A stretch of DNA of 32,000 nt from Aeropyrum pernix K1. GTDB lineage: Archaea > Thermoproteota > Thermoprotei_A > Sulfolobales > Acidilobaceae. Location of the stretch: assembly GCF_000011125.1 (NCBI RefSeq), contig NC_000854.2, positions 330,001 through 362,000 on the forward strand, in the 5' to 3' direction. A model generated the notes under the pieces. It was not told where the DNA came from. It saw nothing but the letters and a program-made list of their open reading frames with translations, and searched no databases. The translations under genes and the position numbers were made by a program. Each line of letters begins with the position of its first letter. Within the stretch, counting starts at the first letter, position 1. This document shows, in pieces, positions 14,881 to 24,316 of the stretch.

Positions 14881-15564
14881 ATGGCCTTGGGCATAGTCGT
14901 CGGCGTGGATGAGGCTGGCAGGGGAAGCTTAGTCGGGGATCTCGTTGTGGCGGGCTTCGCGGTTGAAGAGGCGAGGTTGGGCGAGCTGCAGAGCCTAGGT
15001 GTTAGGGATAGTAAGCAGCTCAGCCCTGCGGCGAGAGTGGAGCTCTACCGGGAGATCTCTGGTGTAGGCTTCTTCACAGTGGAGGCTATTAGGCCTTGGG
15101 AGATAGACGGGGAGAACATAAACATTTTGGTCACGAAGGCTGTGGAGGAGATAGTGTCCAGGATAGTATCATATCTCGGAGTCCACCCCTCCCTTGTGGT
15201 GGTGGACAAGTACGGCGACGTCCAGGGCCTCAGGCTCGCTCTAACGAGGCTGGGCATAGAGCCCAGGTCTATATTGGTGGAGGAGAAGGCGGACTCGAGG
15301 TATCCCGTGGTTTCTGCAGCGAGTATAGTGGCCAAGGTCGTCAGGGATGCAAGGCTCCAGGTCCTGAGGCGCATGTATGGGGTCAGGGGTAGCGGCTACC
15401 CCAGCGACCCTGAGACCCGGGAGTGGGTGAGGGAGGTGTTCGCCCGGGGTGAGGCGCCCAGGGTTATCAGGTACACTTGGTCCACAGTCAGGAAGCTGGG
15501 GGGCCCCTGGAGGAGTAAGAAAGCCGGGAGGAACCGGAGTCTGGACGAGTTCCTGGGAGGTTAG
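14881..15564 (+). CDS. rnhB: Ribonuclease HII
   Basis: GVDEAGRGSLVGDLVVAG, DSKQLSP and the SAASIVAKV motifs. Confidence 0.9.
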   Translation: MALGIVVGVDEAGRGSLVGDLVVAGFAVEEARLGELQSLGVRDSKQLSPAARVELYREISGVGFFTVEAIRPWEIDGENINILVTKAVEEIVSRIVSYLGVHPSLVVVDKYGDVQGLRLALTRLGIEPRSILVEEKADSRYPVVSAASIVAKVVRDARLQVLRRMYGVRGSGYPSDPETREWVREVFARGEAPRVIRYTWSTVRKLGGPWRSKKAGRNRSLDEFLGG

Positions 15565-15569
15565 GGGCG

Positions 15570-16643
15570 GTGTCGAGGAGGAGGATCAGGAAGTTCGAGA
15601 GGCCTGAGGAGGCTCTCCTACACCTCCTAGACGCGGCCGGCATATACAGGGTTGGCTCTAGGGTTTGGCTGCACAAGCCTAGGGTGAGGGAGCTGGGGTT
15701 CCAGTACCTCGCGGTGGAGACTCTAGTGAGGGAGTATGCCCTAGCAGCCGAAAGAGAGTACCGCGGCAGCGTCGTTTACAGCAAGGTGTACGGCGGTAGG
15801 GAGTATAAAATACTGTTGGGTAGGGGGGAGGAGGTGGCGGAGGCCTCGCTGGCCGACCCTAGCACAGTACAGAGGCTACTGTTCTCGTGGAGACACCTCG
15901 AGGAGCTTCTACCATCACCCCCCCTGCCAGCCTTCGTCGTGGACCTAAGCCTGAAGTTCATGCACACCGAGGAGGAGCTGTCGAAGCTCAGGCTCCAGAT
16001 AGCCGTGGCCCTTAGCGAGGTTAGGAAGTACCTCTGGGACCCCCACCTGGTTCTCACCAATATGGACCCCCAGACCTCCGGGTGGATAAGCGAGGTCCTG
16101 GGGGATAACAAGGTAACGATAAGCCAGAGCAAGCCCAGCGAGATACTTTGGAGCATGGACGCCGACAGGGTTGTTATACTCAGGCCCGACGCGCCCCAGC
16201 CTCTCAGCGGCAGCGAGGTCCTCGCAGCCGACGCGTTCCTCATAGGAGGGATAGTGGACCGCATACCCCGTCCGGGCGTGAGCAGGATACTCGACAACCT
16301 AGTACCATGGGGCGTCCCCAGGAGGATTGAGCTAAGAGGCTCGGTAGCTGGGGTGCCGGAGAGGATAAACAGGATAGTCGAGATACTATTGAAAGCACGG
16401 TATAAATATCCTGGGAACCTTGAGAAGGCGATAATAACCTCTATGACTAAGAAAGACGTCCTGACCCGGGTATACAGCGAGATTATAAAGAGGGGCAGGA
16501 GGGTTGGGAGCGAGCTCGTTGTAGAGTGGAGCCTCTACGAGGACCTATCCAGCTGGCTCCCATTAACGCCGGAGGACTTCATGCTAGCGGCCAAAAGAGC
16601 CAGGGCTAGGATAGAAGGTGCTCCCAGGAGAGATAACGCCTGA
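15570..16643 (+). CDS. Trm10-like SPOUT tRNA (purine-9 N1) methyltransferase with a long N-terminal extension
   Basis: The C-terminal half (VVILRPDAPQPL...ADAFLIGGIVDRIPRPGVS...VPERINRIVEIL) resembles the Trm10 SPOUT domain. I did not recognise the N-terminal 170 aa or so. GTG start. Confidence 0.5.
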   Translation: MSRRRIRKFERPEEALLHLLDAAGIYRVGSRVWLHKPRVRELGFQYLAVETLVREYALAAEREYRGSVVYSKVYGGREYKILLGRGEEVAEASLADPSTVQRLLFSWRHLEELLPSPPLPAFVVDLSLKFMHTEEELSKLRLQIAVALSEVRKYLWDPHLVLTNMDPQTSGWISEVLGDNKVTISQSKPSEILWSMDADRVVILRPDAPQPLSGSEVLAADAFLIGGIVDRIPRPGVSRILDNLVPWGVPRRIELRGSVAGVPERINRIVEILLKARYKYPGNLEKAIITSMTKKDVLTRVYSEIIKRGRRVGSELVVEWSLYEDLSSWLPLTPEDFMLAAKRARARIEGAPRRDNA

Positions 16644-16791
16644 AACCGAGAGGCTGGCGATCGCGCCGACAGCAGGCCTACCCTGCTTGGGGTCCTTCTG
16701 GTCTTGAATATTCAAGCCAGCCCTAGCCTGTTGTCCAACGTGCTAAACCTAAATTGTCTAAGAAGCCCTTCATAGGTTAGATGGTTAGCTT

Positions 16792-17679
16792 GTGTTGAGG
16801 GTTGAGATTGTAGCAGCGGATAGCCTGGGTGTTAGAAGTATCGCAACCTTCGTTGAGGCATGTGGCTACTCGATAGGCGTTGATCTGGGGGCGTCTATAG
16901 CCCCTAGAAGGTTCTCTCTCCCCCCTCACCCTAGGGAGCTGAGGAGGCTGGAGCAGGCTCTAGATAGGGCTAGGAGGAGGCTGGAGGAGAGTAACATAGC
17001 TATTATAACCCACTACCACTACGACCACTATCTCCGGGACGAGCCCGAGCTTTACGCTGGCCGCCTTCTCCTAGCCAAGGATATAAACAGGTCTATAAAT
17101 AGGAGCCAGAGGTTTCGGGGATACCGGTTTCTAGTGAAGAGCGGGCTAGTCGAGAGGGGTCGTGTAGAGTACGCGGACTCCAGGGTGTTCAGGCTGGAGG
17201 GGGGTCTTACAATAGAGTTCTCTAAGCCCGTATGGCACGGCGAGGAGGGAACGAAGCTTGGTAAGGTGTTGATGGTGAGGATTACCTGCGAGGGGGTGTC
17301 GATAGTGTTTGCAAGCGACGTCCAGGGTCCTGGAAACAATGAGGCGCTCGAGGAGCTGCTAAAGTGGTCCAAGCCCAGGCCGCTAGTTCTCATAATAAGC
17401 GGGCCGCCGCTCTACCTGGGAGGTTACAGGGTTGGGATGTCCTCGGTAGAGCTTGGGATAAGGAACCTCGAGGTCCTCGCAGAGAGGCTGAGGCCTAAGA
17501 GGCTTGTGGTGGACCACCACCTAGTGAGGGATCCTAGGTTCCCCGAGGTCCTCGAGAGGCTAAGGGGTAGGGCCGCTGGTGCTGGCGTAGAGGTTTTGAC
17601 GGCGGCAGAGTACATGGGTCTTCGGCCCGAGCCCCTGGAGACTATGAGGAGGGAGCTTTGGAAAGGGGAGGAAGGCTAG
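16792..17679 (+). CDS. Metallo-beta-lactamase-fold protein (archaeal UPF0282-type)
   Basis: HYHYDH metal-binding motif and a length and layout typical of UPF0282 proteins. GTG start. Confidence 0.7.
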   Translation: MLRVEIVAADSLGVRSIATFVEACGYSIGVDLGASIAPRRFSLPPHPRELRRLEQALDRARRRLEESNIAIITHYHYDHYLRDEPELYAGRLLLAKDINRSINRSQRFRGYRFLVKSGLVERGRVEYADSRVFRLEGGLTIEFSKPVWHGEEGTKLGKVLMVRITCEGVSIVFASDVQGPGNNEALEELLKWSKPRPLVLIISGPPLYLGGYRVGMSSVELGIRNLEVLAERLRPKRLVVDHHLVRDPRFPEVLERLRGRAAGAGVEVLTAAEYMGLRPEPLETMRRELWKGEEG

Positions 17680-17684
17680 GCCCT

Positions 17685-18359
17685 GTGAAAATAGTGTTTC
17701 TAGAGTGCAGCGTGGAACTCGTCCCGAGGAGTCTGTGGAGCCATCCCCAGGTCCTCAAGAGCGCCAGGAGGTATGGTATAGAGCCTGGCGACCTGCTTCT
17801 AGACAAGAGTCTGCATTACAACGCGATGGCGGAGCTGCCTGCCAAGTGGAAGAGAGGGAGGCCAGACATACTTCACGTAGCCCTTCTAACCACGACTGAC
17901 TCACCCCTCTACAACGAGGGTCTCCTGAGGATATACTTCCAGGTCTACGACGGGCGGTTGTTCGAGGTTGGGACGGGGGTAAGGGTGCCTAAGAACTACG
18001 AGAGGTTCAGGGGCCTAGTGGCCCAGCTCCTCAAGACGGAGAGAGTGCCCCCAGGGGAGGGGGAGGCTCTCATACGACTCCACTCCAGAAGCCTAGCAGA
18101 GTTCGTTGAGAGGGAGGGGAGGTTTATACTAATGTGGGAGAAGGGCTCGCCAACTACAACCACATACGTCGCGGCTAGAGCCCTATCCACGGGACTACCC
18201 ATAGGCGTCGGCTGCTTCCCCCGAGGCGAGTTCAAGAGGTCGACTCTGAGGAAGGCGTCAGAAGCCTACTCAATAATGGGTGGAGCCCCTCTCAAAACTT
18301 GGGGGGTTGCATCGAGGATTGTGTATGCGCTGGAGAGGCTGAAGAGCCCCTTTACCTAG
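17685..18359 (+). CDS. nep1: Ribosomal RNA small-subunit methyltransferase Nep1/Emg1
   Basis: GRPDILHVALL, plus LLRIYFQV...GVRVPKNYERFRGL typical of Nep1. I prefer the GTG at 17685, just after the upstream stop, over the track start at 17658. Confidence 0.8.
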   Translation: MKIVFLECSVELVPRSLWSHPQVLKSARRYGIEPGDLLLDKSLHYNAMAELPAKWKRGRPDILHVALLTTTDSPLYNEGLLRIYFQVYDGRLFEVGTGVRVPKNYERFRGLVAQLLKTERVPPGEGEALIRLHSRSLAEFVEREGRFILMWEKGSPTTTTYVAARALSTGLPIGVGCFPRGEFKRSTLRKASEAYSIMGGAPLKTWGVASRIVYALERLKSPFT

Positions 18360-18395
18360 GGGGTTACATACCGCTAAACGGAGGGGGTTTGCCAC

Positions 18396-18845
18396 CTATA
18401 TCGACATTGACCCGCTCTCCCCCCTCCTGTCCTCCCTCCAGCCTCCTATGTCCTTGAGCTGGGAGAGTATGGGGTTTAGCCTGCCCTCCCTGCTGGCCTC
18501 CTCGATGAGGTTCTTGACCTGGCTGGTGTGCCTTATATCCAGCTCTATAAGCAGCTCCATCATCTTGAGGGTTGTATCCCAGACATCTAGCAGGAGGTCT
18601 CGGGGTATGTTGCTGGAGATGAAGGGGTCCTGTAGCCAGTCGTCGAAGGCCTTGAGCGTCTTTATCATGTGGTTGAAAGCGAGCCTGGTGTGTATTATGA
18701 GGTCTAGCCTGTCAGAGCTTCTCACCTGGCTGTCTATATTCTTAAAGTTCTCCAGCACAGCCTTCTGGAGCATTACCCAGCGCTCTAGGCTTCTAGTGAA
18801 CGCCGTCACGTCAGTAGGTCTGGACAATTCCTGCCACCTCACCAT
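18396..18845 (-). CDS. Conserved-looking all-helical hypothetical protein (possibly DUF2153-like)
   Basis: 149-aa ORF 37 nt downstream of the Trm112-like gene on the same strand. Helical heptad-like composition with no catalytic motif. Confidence 0.55.
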   Translation of the reverse strand: MVRWQELSRPTDVTAFTRSLERWVMLQKAVLENFKNIDSQVRSSDRLDLIIHTRLAFNHMIKTLKAFDDWLQDPFISSNIPRDLLLDVWDTTLKMMELLIELDIRHTSQVKNLIEEASREGRLNPILSQLKDIGGWREDRRGESGSMSI

Positions 18846-18882
18846 GTATGTTTAGGGGGCTTGGGGTCTCTTATTCTATCAT

Positions 18883-19293
18883 CTAGCCCTCGCCAGCCTC
18901 ACGTGGCTCCAGGGGGACCGGGGCTACCGCCCTGAGCTTCACCCACTCAGGCACGTGCCCTGCAAGTCTGGAGGCAATCTCCCTATCCCGCTCAGGATCT
19001 CTATACTTATCGTCCATCATGACTGGTATACCCTCTACTATGGGGTACCATCTCCCGCATGCAGGACAGACTAGAACCCCCTCCTCTATATCCCTCTCTA
19101 CACAGCTGGATACACAGGTGGAGAGGGGCACCGTAGACGCCGGCCTGTCGAAGAGGTAGCACCACCGCCTGCACTTTAGCCTCTCGGGCTGAGGAGGCAT
19201 AGCGCCCCTCTTCTCCCTGACCACATAAAGGATAAGCCGCGGATTCCTGCACTCTGGGCATGCAAGCATCTCTATGTGGTAGTACCTCACCAT
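18883..19293 (-). CDS. Trm112-like zinc-ribbon protein (methyltransferase activator family) with an internal insertion
   Basis: An N-terminal LACPECRNP motif and a C-terminal LVCPACGRWYPIVEGIPVMM motif. This is the Trm112/DUF343 signature. Confidence 0.65.
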   Translation of the reverse strand: MVRYYHIEMLACPECRNPRLILYVVREKRGAMPPQPERLKCRRWCYLFDRPASTVPLSTCVSSCVERDIEEGVLVCPACGRWYPIVEGIPVMMDDKYRDPERDREIASRLAGHVPEWVKLRAVAPVPLEPREAGEG

Positions 19294-19384
19294 GACTATA
19301 CCTCACCCCCCGTGCTTAACCGTGAGATAGGTGGGCAGGATGTGTGTTTAACCTTCTCCACCCCGGAGTCCAGTGTGGTTTCCC

Positions 19385-20152
19385 CTACTCGACCTCCAGC
19401 CCAGCCCTTCGCAGCGGCCTCTCTAGCTCCTCTAGACGGGGCCCCAGCTTTACCCTGCAGAGGCTAGCGAGGGCACTGTTTATGAGGGACTGCCCTCCTA
19501 TAATCGTCTTCAAAGCCTTGCTTATGACGTCCGCTAGCCTAGTGGGCTCGGGCATCCAGCCCCCCGGCCTTATAGTGGCCCTCGCTATGGATGCAGCCTC
19601 CTCGAGGGTTATCCTGTGGCCCGGGGACACGTAGACCTCCCTGGGCCGTGTTCCCAATACGATTGCAAGCCTCTCCCCATCCTGGACCACATACATACCG
19701 CCAGGCCCCTCGACCAGCGTGCCGACCAGCTTTTTCTTGGCAACCCCTATGCTCGGCCTCTCGAGTATAACACCAACGTGACTCGCTATGCCGAATCGCC
19801 GCGGATGTGCTATGCCATGGCCGTCCACCATGACGACGTCAGCCTCTGCCGACAGGGCGGCGGCCGCAGGAGCCATTACCGCCAGCTCTCTGAATGCTAG
19901 CAACCCGGGTATGTAGGGTATGCAGACCCTGGAGATGTAGACTCTGCAGTCGACCGGCTCCAGCGTCTCCAGGGATATAAGCACAGCGGCCCCCACGCCA
20001 ACCCCATCCTTCGCAGAGTATGAGGCGTCGAGGCCCAGCACCGTCCTTGGCCTCGTAGGGAGGGGCTCCAGCCTGACTTTCCCCCTAAGGAGTAGCTGGG
20101 CCCTCGCGGCCTTGGAGGCCGAGAAAGCACACCTAACCTCGCGCCTATTCAA
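19385..20152 (-). CDS. nfi: Endonuclease V
   Basis: [37 protein letters not shown] and IGVAKK motifs. The TTG start overlaps the psmB stop in TTGA. Confidence 0.9.
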
Positions 20153-20868
20153 CCCTCAACCAGCCTGAACTTAATGGTCTCCAGGCTTGGCTTGCCGGAT
20201 ACCGGCAGCACCAGCACGTCTATCCCGTCGCCCGTGCCCGCGTCTCTAGCCATCGAAGCTCTAAGAGCCTCAACGGCCGCCTTCTTAGCCTCCTCCAGGC
20301 TCATACCGCGCTTATACACGTGCTCGAGAAGGCCGAAAGCAGTCGTCGCGCCAGTCCCGGCAGCCACGTAGTCCTCCTCTATTATAGAGCCCAGGGGGTC
20401 GAGCACGTACAGCTTAGGCTCCCCTCCAGGGTCTATCCCGCCCACTATGGCCTCAACGTTAAACGGGAAAAACTTGTAGGAGTATAGGAGGGACGAGAGA
20501 AACTTGGCCACATTCCTGACGGTAGCTGGCTTACCGGTCTCCAGCGAGGCGAGGCGCATCTGCCCCTCGACAATCCTGACGAGGCCCCCCATATCACCGT
20601 AGAGCCCGGCAAAGGCTATGCCGATCCTATCGTTTATCACAAATATCTTCTTGAAGTTCCTGCTCAGTATGAAGCCGCCGTAGCTCATCCTCTTATCTGC
20701 GGCAAGCACCACCCCGTCCTCAACTCGTATACCAAGTGCAGTAGCGCCTGCAAACGACAAGCAGCAGCACCCACTGGCATAGAGGTCTGAAGCCGGACCA
20801 ATATATTCTTGGGACCGGCCCGGCCGGGTTTGAGTCACTTTCGCCCAACCATGGGTAACAGAGTCCAT
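20149..20868 (-). CDS. psmB: Proteasome subunit beta (paralog 1)
   Basis: [18 protein letters not shown] Ntn-hydrolase core. The true start is probably downstream of 20868, for example the in-frame TTG at 20760, which would give a 6-aa propeptide. A TATA-like aatatatt lies at about 20801-20808. Confidence 0.85.
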
Positions 20869-20942
20869 GGGGCCCGAGGGTCCACGGGACGCCGCTCCAC
20901 TACATGCTAAATCATCGCCACGGCCCCAAGCCAGTTAGGGTG

Positions 20943-21503
20943 ATGCGTCCCGTGGACGGCCGGGCAGGCTCATGCAGCTACTGTGGCTCCACTATGGTGG
21001 TCACCCTCCATACGGAGGGGGAAATTGTGTGCGGTAGCTGTGGAGCGGTGCTGGCCGAGCAGCTTATAGACGACTCCGCCCCACAACACCACAGCGGGGA
21101 GGATCACACGCCGGGCCCGCCCCTCAGGCTGTCAAGGCTGCCGAGGGGTGTTAGGAGGGCGTACAGGAGGGCCTTGAGGAGGGGTCATGTAGTCGTGGGG
21201 GAGGGATCGATGCCATACTCGGACCTGAGGGCCGTGGAGATGAGTTCCGACGAGAGTATAGCAGCCATCCTCGGCATGGTAGACTCCATACCGGGCCTGG
21301 CCCGAAGAAGGCCCCGGGTAAAAGTGGGGGTCGCATTCTACATCAGCTACAGGCTTCGCGGCTACTCGAAAAGCTCGGCCTTGAGGACCGCCGCGAGGTC
21401 CTCCGGGGCTTCTGTGGCGGCTCTTGAACGCGTTGAAAAAGCCTATAGGAGGGAGATCGAGAACCTCATAATGGCGGCCAGCATGGGGGGCGAAAGGGTT
21501 TAG
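20943..21503 (+). CDS. Short TFB/TFIIB-like protein: zinc ribbon plus a single cyclin-like repeat
   Basis: CSYCGS...GEIVCGSCGAVLAEQLIDDS is a TFIIB-type zinc ribbon. The C-terminal VGVAFYISYRLRGYSKSSALRTAARSSGASVAALERVEKAYRREI resembles one TFB cyclin repeat. The start is either ATG 20943 or the track start at 20904. Confidence 0.5.
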   Translation: MRPVDGRAGSCSYCGSTMVVTLHTEGEIVCGSCGAVLAEQLIDDSAPQHHSGEDHTPGPPLRLSRLPRGVRRAYRRALRRGHVVVGEGSMPYSDLRAVEMSSDESIAAILGMVDSIPGLARRRPRVKVGVAFYISYRLRGYSKSSALRTAARSSGASVAALERVEKAYRREIENLIMAASMGGERV

Positions 21504-21559
21504 CACCCTCCAACACTATACATTAGTGGGTTATACGTGTTCAGGCGGATGAGAAGGCT

Positions 21560-22618
21560 ATGACGGGGGGCTACAAGGGGGAGGCCGGTTTCGTGGGCGA
21601 CCCGGCCTCCATAGCTAAAAGGATACACGTGCCCACCTACGACGAGATACTCGAGAGGATAGGTAGGAGGCCTAGGAGAAGGGCTAGGAGGCGGGCTGCC
21701 TACGAGGAGGAGATAGAGCTGCTGGCCAGGGTTAGGGATATAGTGATCTCTAGGACCGATTTCGTGAGGGAGGTTGCAAGGCTCCTCGACGGCCTACACC
21801 CGTTCCACAGGGAGCTTGTTGAGATAGAGTTTGACAGGAGGGATGTCAGTAGTGCTGTGAGCTGCATTAGCAGAGCCAGGAAGATGACTGACAGGCTGAT
21901 GGAGAAGTATAAAGTGCTTCTCCTGGCCTCGGAGAGCCCTAAGGAGGCTAGGGCGCTGGCCAGGGAGGCTAGGGGGAGGATACTATCCCTCTACAAGAGG
22001 TGCTCCCGAGGCCTAGAGGTCCTCAGGAGCCTCATGGTTTTCATGCACAGGCTCCCGGCCATCGACCCCGGCAGCCCCACCATCATAGTCTCTGGCCCCC
22101 CTAGCAGCGGCAAGTCAACTCTAGTGAAGAACGTCTCCAGGGCGAAGCCAAAGGTTGCAGACTACCCCTTCACCACAAAGCAGATACATATCGGCCACTT
22201 CGAGGCGGGAGAGGGTAGAGTCCAGGTAGTAGACACCCCGGGCTTGCTGGACAGGAGCCTGGAGGAGATGAACCCTGTGGAGAGGAGGGCGGCGGCCGCC
22301 CTCAGGCTATTGGACGGTGCTGTGCTTTTCCTATTCGACCCCAGGCCAGACGCATACATGGGGCTCGACAGGCAGGCTAGCCTACTGGAGAACACTGTAG
22401 CCAAGCTAGTCACCGGCAGGAGGATATACGTTGTGGTCAACAAGGAGGACGCCGTCGACAGGGGTAGGCTGGAGGAGGCTGTTGCAGCCGCGGAGGAGGC
22501 TGCAGAAAGAGTCGGGGCAGTGTTCCTCGGCTCGACGTCCGCCGTAGACGGGGAGAAGGCTAGGAGGGTTGTGGGTGAAGTGGCCTCTAGGGAGGGGTGG
22601 ACACGGCGCTCTCCCTAG
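21560..22618 (+). CDS. Nog1-type GTPase (ribosome biogenesis GTP-binding protein)
   Basis: G1 GPPSSGKS, G2 YPFTT, G3 DTPG, G4 NKED, plus an N-terminal NOG1-like helical domain. Confidence 0.85.
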
Positions 22619-23700
22619 CGCGGCGACACCCCGGCCCCCCTGAGCTCCGCCTTGAACGGCCTCTCCAAACCACCCTCAAGAATCCTGTACTCGAACCCGT
22701 CAACCATAATCCTGAGAAGCTCAAGTATCGTTGAGGCGTGGCCCGTAAGCCTGGCCCCAAACACTGTCGAAACGCCCCCGGCCAGGGCAAGGTATACCGG
22801 GGCCATGTCGGACATGTGCCTGTCCAGAGCAGCGCCAGTCGCCATATCCTCCAGAAGGCTCTCCGCGGCCTCCCGGCCCACAACCTCCGCCGGCTTACCC
22901 TTCTTCCCTATACTATCACCCCCCATCACCGTCTCGCCGAATACAGCCCACACCAGAACCCCGGTACCTGGTCCTAGGTGGGGATCTCTATGGGGCTTGT
23001 AGGCTTCTATCTCGACAATAGGGTCGACCCCCAGCCTCTCTCTTACAAGGCTTGCCGCGCTCCTGGCCTGCCTCTCCGCTATGCTCCCCGGGAGCTTCAC
23101 TGCATGGCTCCTCACATACACCCCCTTCAGAGGACCTCTCTCCACGAAGCTCCTAGCCCTAAACCCCCCGGGCGGGTCGGGGACCCTCACAACCACCCGC
23201 CCCCCGCCCCGCGGGTAGTGGCCGCGCCGTAGGACCCTAATCTCAATCTCGTAGCCCAGCATAGCCAGTATACTGGCGAACACCTCACGCATGTAGTCTA
23301 TTGTGGGGGCCATTGGAACATCGGTGCCCCCCGTAAGCTCCACCTCCACAGGGGAGTCTGAGTAGGCGAGGAGGGGTGCTAGAGCCTGTATTATCAGAGC
23401 CACACTCCCCGCCGTCCCCACGTCAAACCTGTATCTACCGCCCCTGACCCTGCCGGGCGTGAATTCTAGAGACGTGGAGCCAACCTCAGCTCCCCGGAGC
23501 CTGCCACCGGATATGGCTGCTACAGCCCTCACAGCAGTAAGGTGCTGCGGCCTTAGCCCGGGAGGCCTCCTCTTAGCCCTTATGTTAACTATCCTCAAAG
23601 GCCTGCCCAGCACCGCGGCTAGGGCCACGGCCGTCCTGAGTATCTGGCCTCCGCCCTCCCCCATGGAACCGTCCACAACAACCCATTCCCCACTGCCCAA
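22615..23700 (-). CDS. rtcA: RNA 3'-terminal phosphate cyclase
   Basis: [14 protein letters not shown] and the [13 protein letters not shown] motif containing the adenylylated histidine. Confidence 0.9.
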
Positions 23701-23720
23701 AGCGATGCACCCCCACAGTT

Positions 23721-24245
23721 CTACCGCATCTCCTGCAGCCTCCTCAGCCTCTCGGGCAGGCCGATCTCCTCCACATACCTTCTAACCTGAGGGTGGAGGC
23801 AGTCTTCCCACCCGCTCTCCCCCGAAGCCATAAGCCTCCTTATCCTGGTCCCGCTACACTCCCCCCTCCTGAACATCGGCGGTCTCAGGGCCGCTAGACC
23901 CATGTCCTCAAAGAGCATGAGAACCAGCTCGTTGCCGCTGACTACACCGTCGAAGGGGGGGAGGAGCATCTTTAGATACTGAACCCACACCTTGTTCATA
24001 GCTATATCAGGCACGGGGGCTATCATAAGCCTCCTACACCAGTCATCCAGCTCCTCGAGCATGAGCCTCAGAGCGTGAACCCGCTCCCCTGCAGTCATGG
24101 GGTTCTCTAGGGTGTAGGACTCCTGGGCCGAGCCCACGACAACTATAACCTCCTCAGCCCTCCCGAGGGCCCATTTGATAGTGTGAAGGTGGCCCAGGTG
24201 GGGGGGCTGGAACCTCCCAACCACTAGAAGACGCTTCATCCGCAT
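23721..24245 (-). CDS. Nicotinamide-nucleotide adenylyltransferase (archaeal NMNAT)
   Basis: [10 protein letters not shown] nucleotidyltransferase motif. The size and layout are typical of archaeal NMNAT. Confidence 0.9.
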   Translation of the reverse strand: MRMKRLLVVGRFQPPHLGHLHTIKWALGRAEEVIVVVGSAQESYTLENPMTAGERVHALRLMLEELDDWCRRLMIAPVPDIAMNKVWVQYLKMLLPPFDGVVSGNELVLMLFEDMGLAALRPPMFRRGECSGTRIRRLMASGESGWEDCLHPQVRRYVEEIGLPERLRRLQEMR

Positions 24246-24265
24246 ATAGCCACCCGGGTATTCGT

Positions 24266-24292
24266 GTTTACATTTAAACGAGGATAATATAG
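24266..24292. promoter_or_regulatory. Divergent TATA-like elements (gtttacatttaaac / ataatata) between the NMNAT and NSUN-like genes
   Basis: Each element lies 25-30 nt upstream of its respective start codon. Confidence 0.4.
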
Positions 24293-24316
24293 TGGCGCTG
24301 GACTGGTGGGCCCGGC

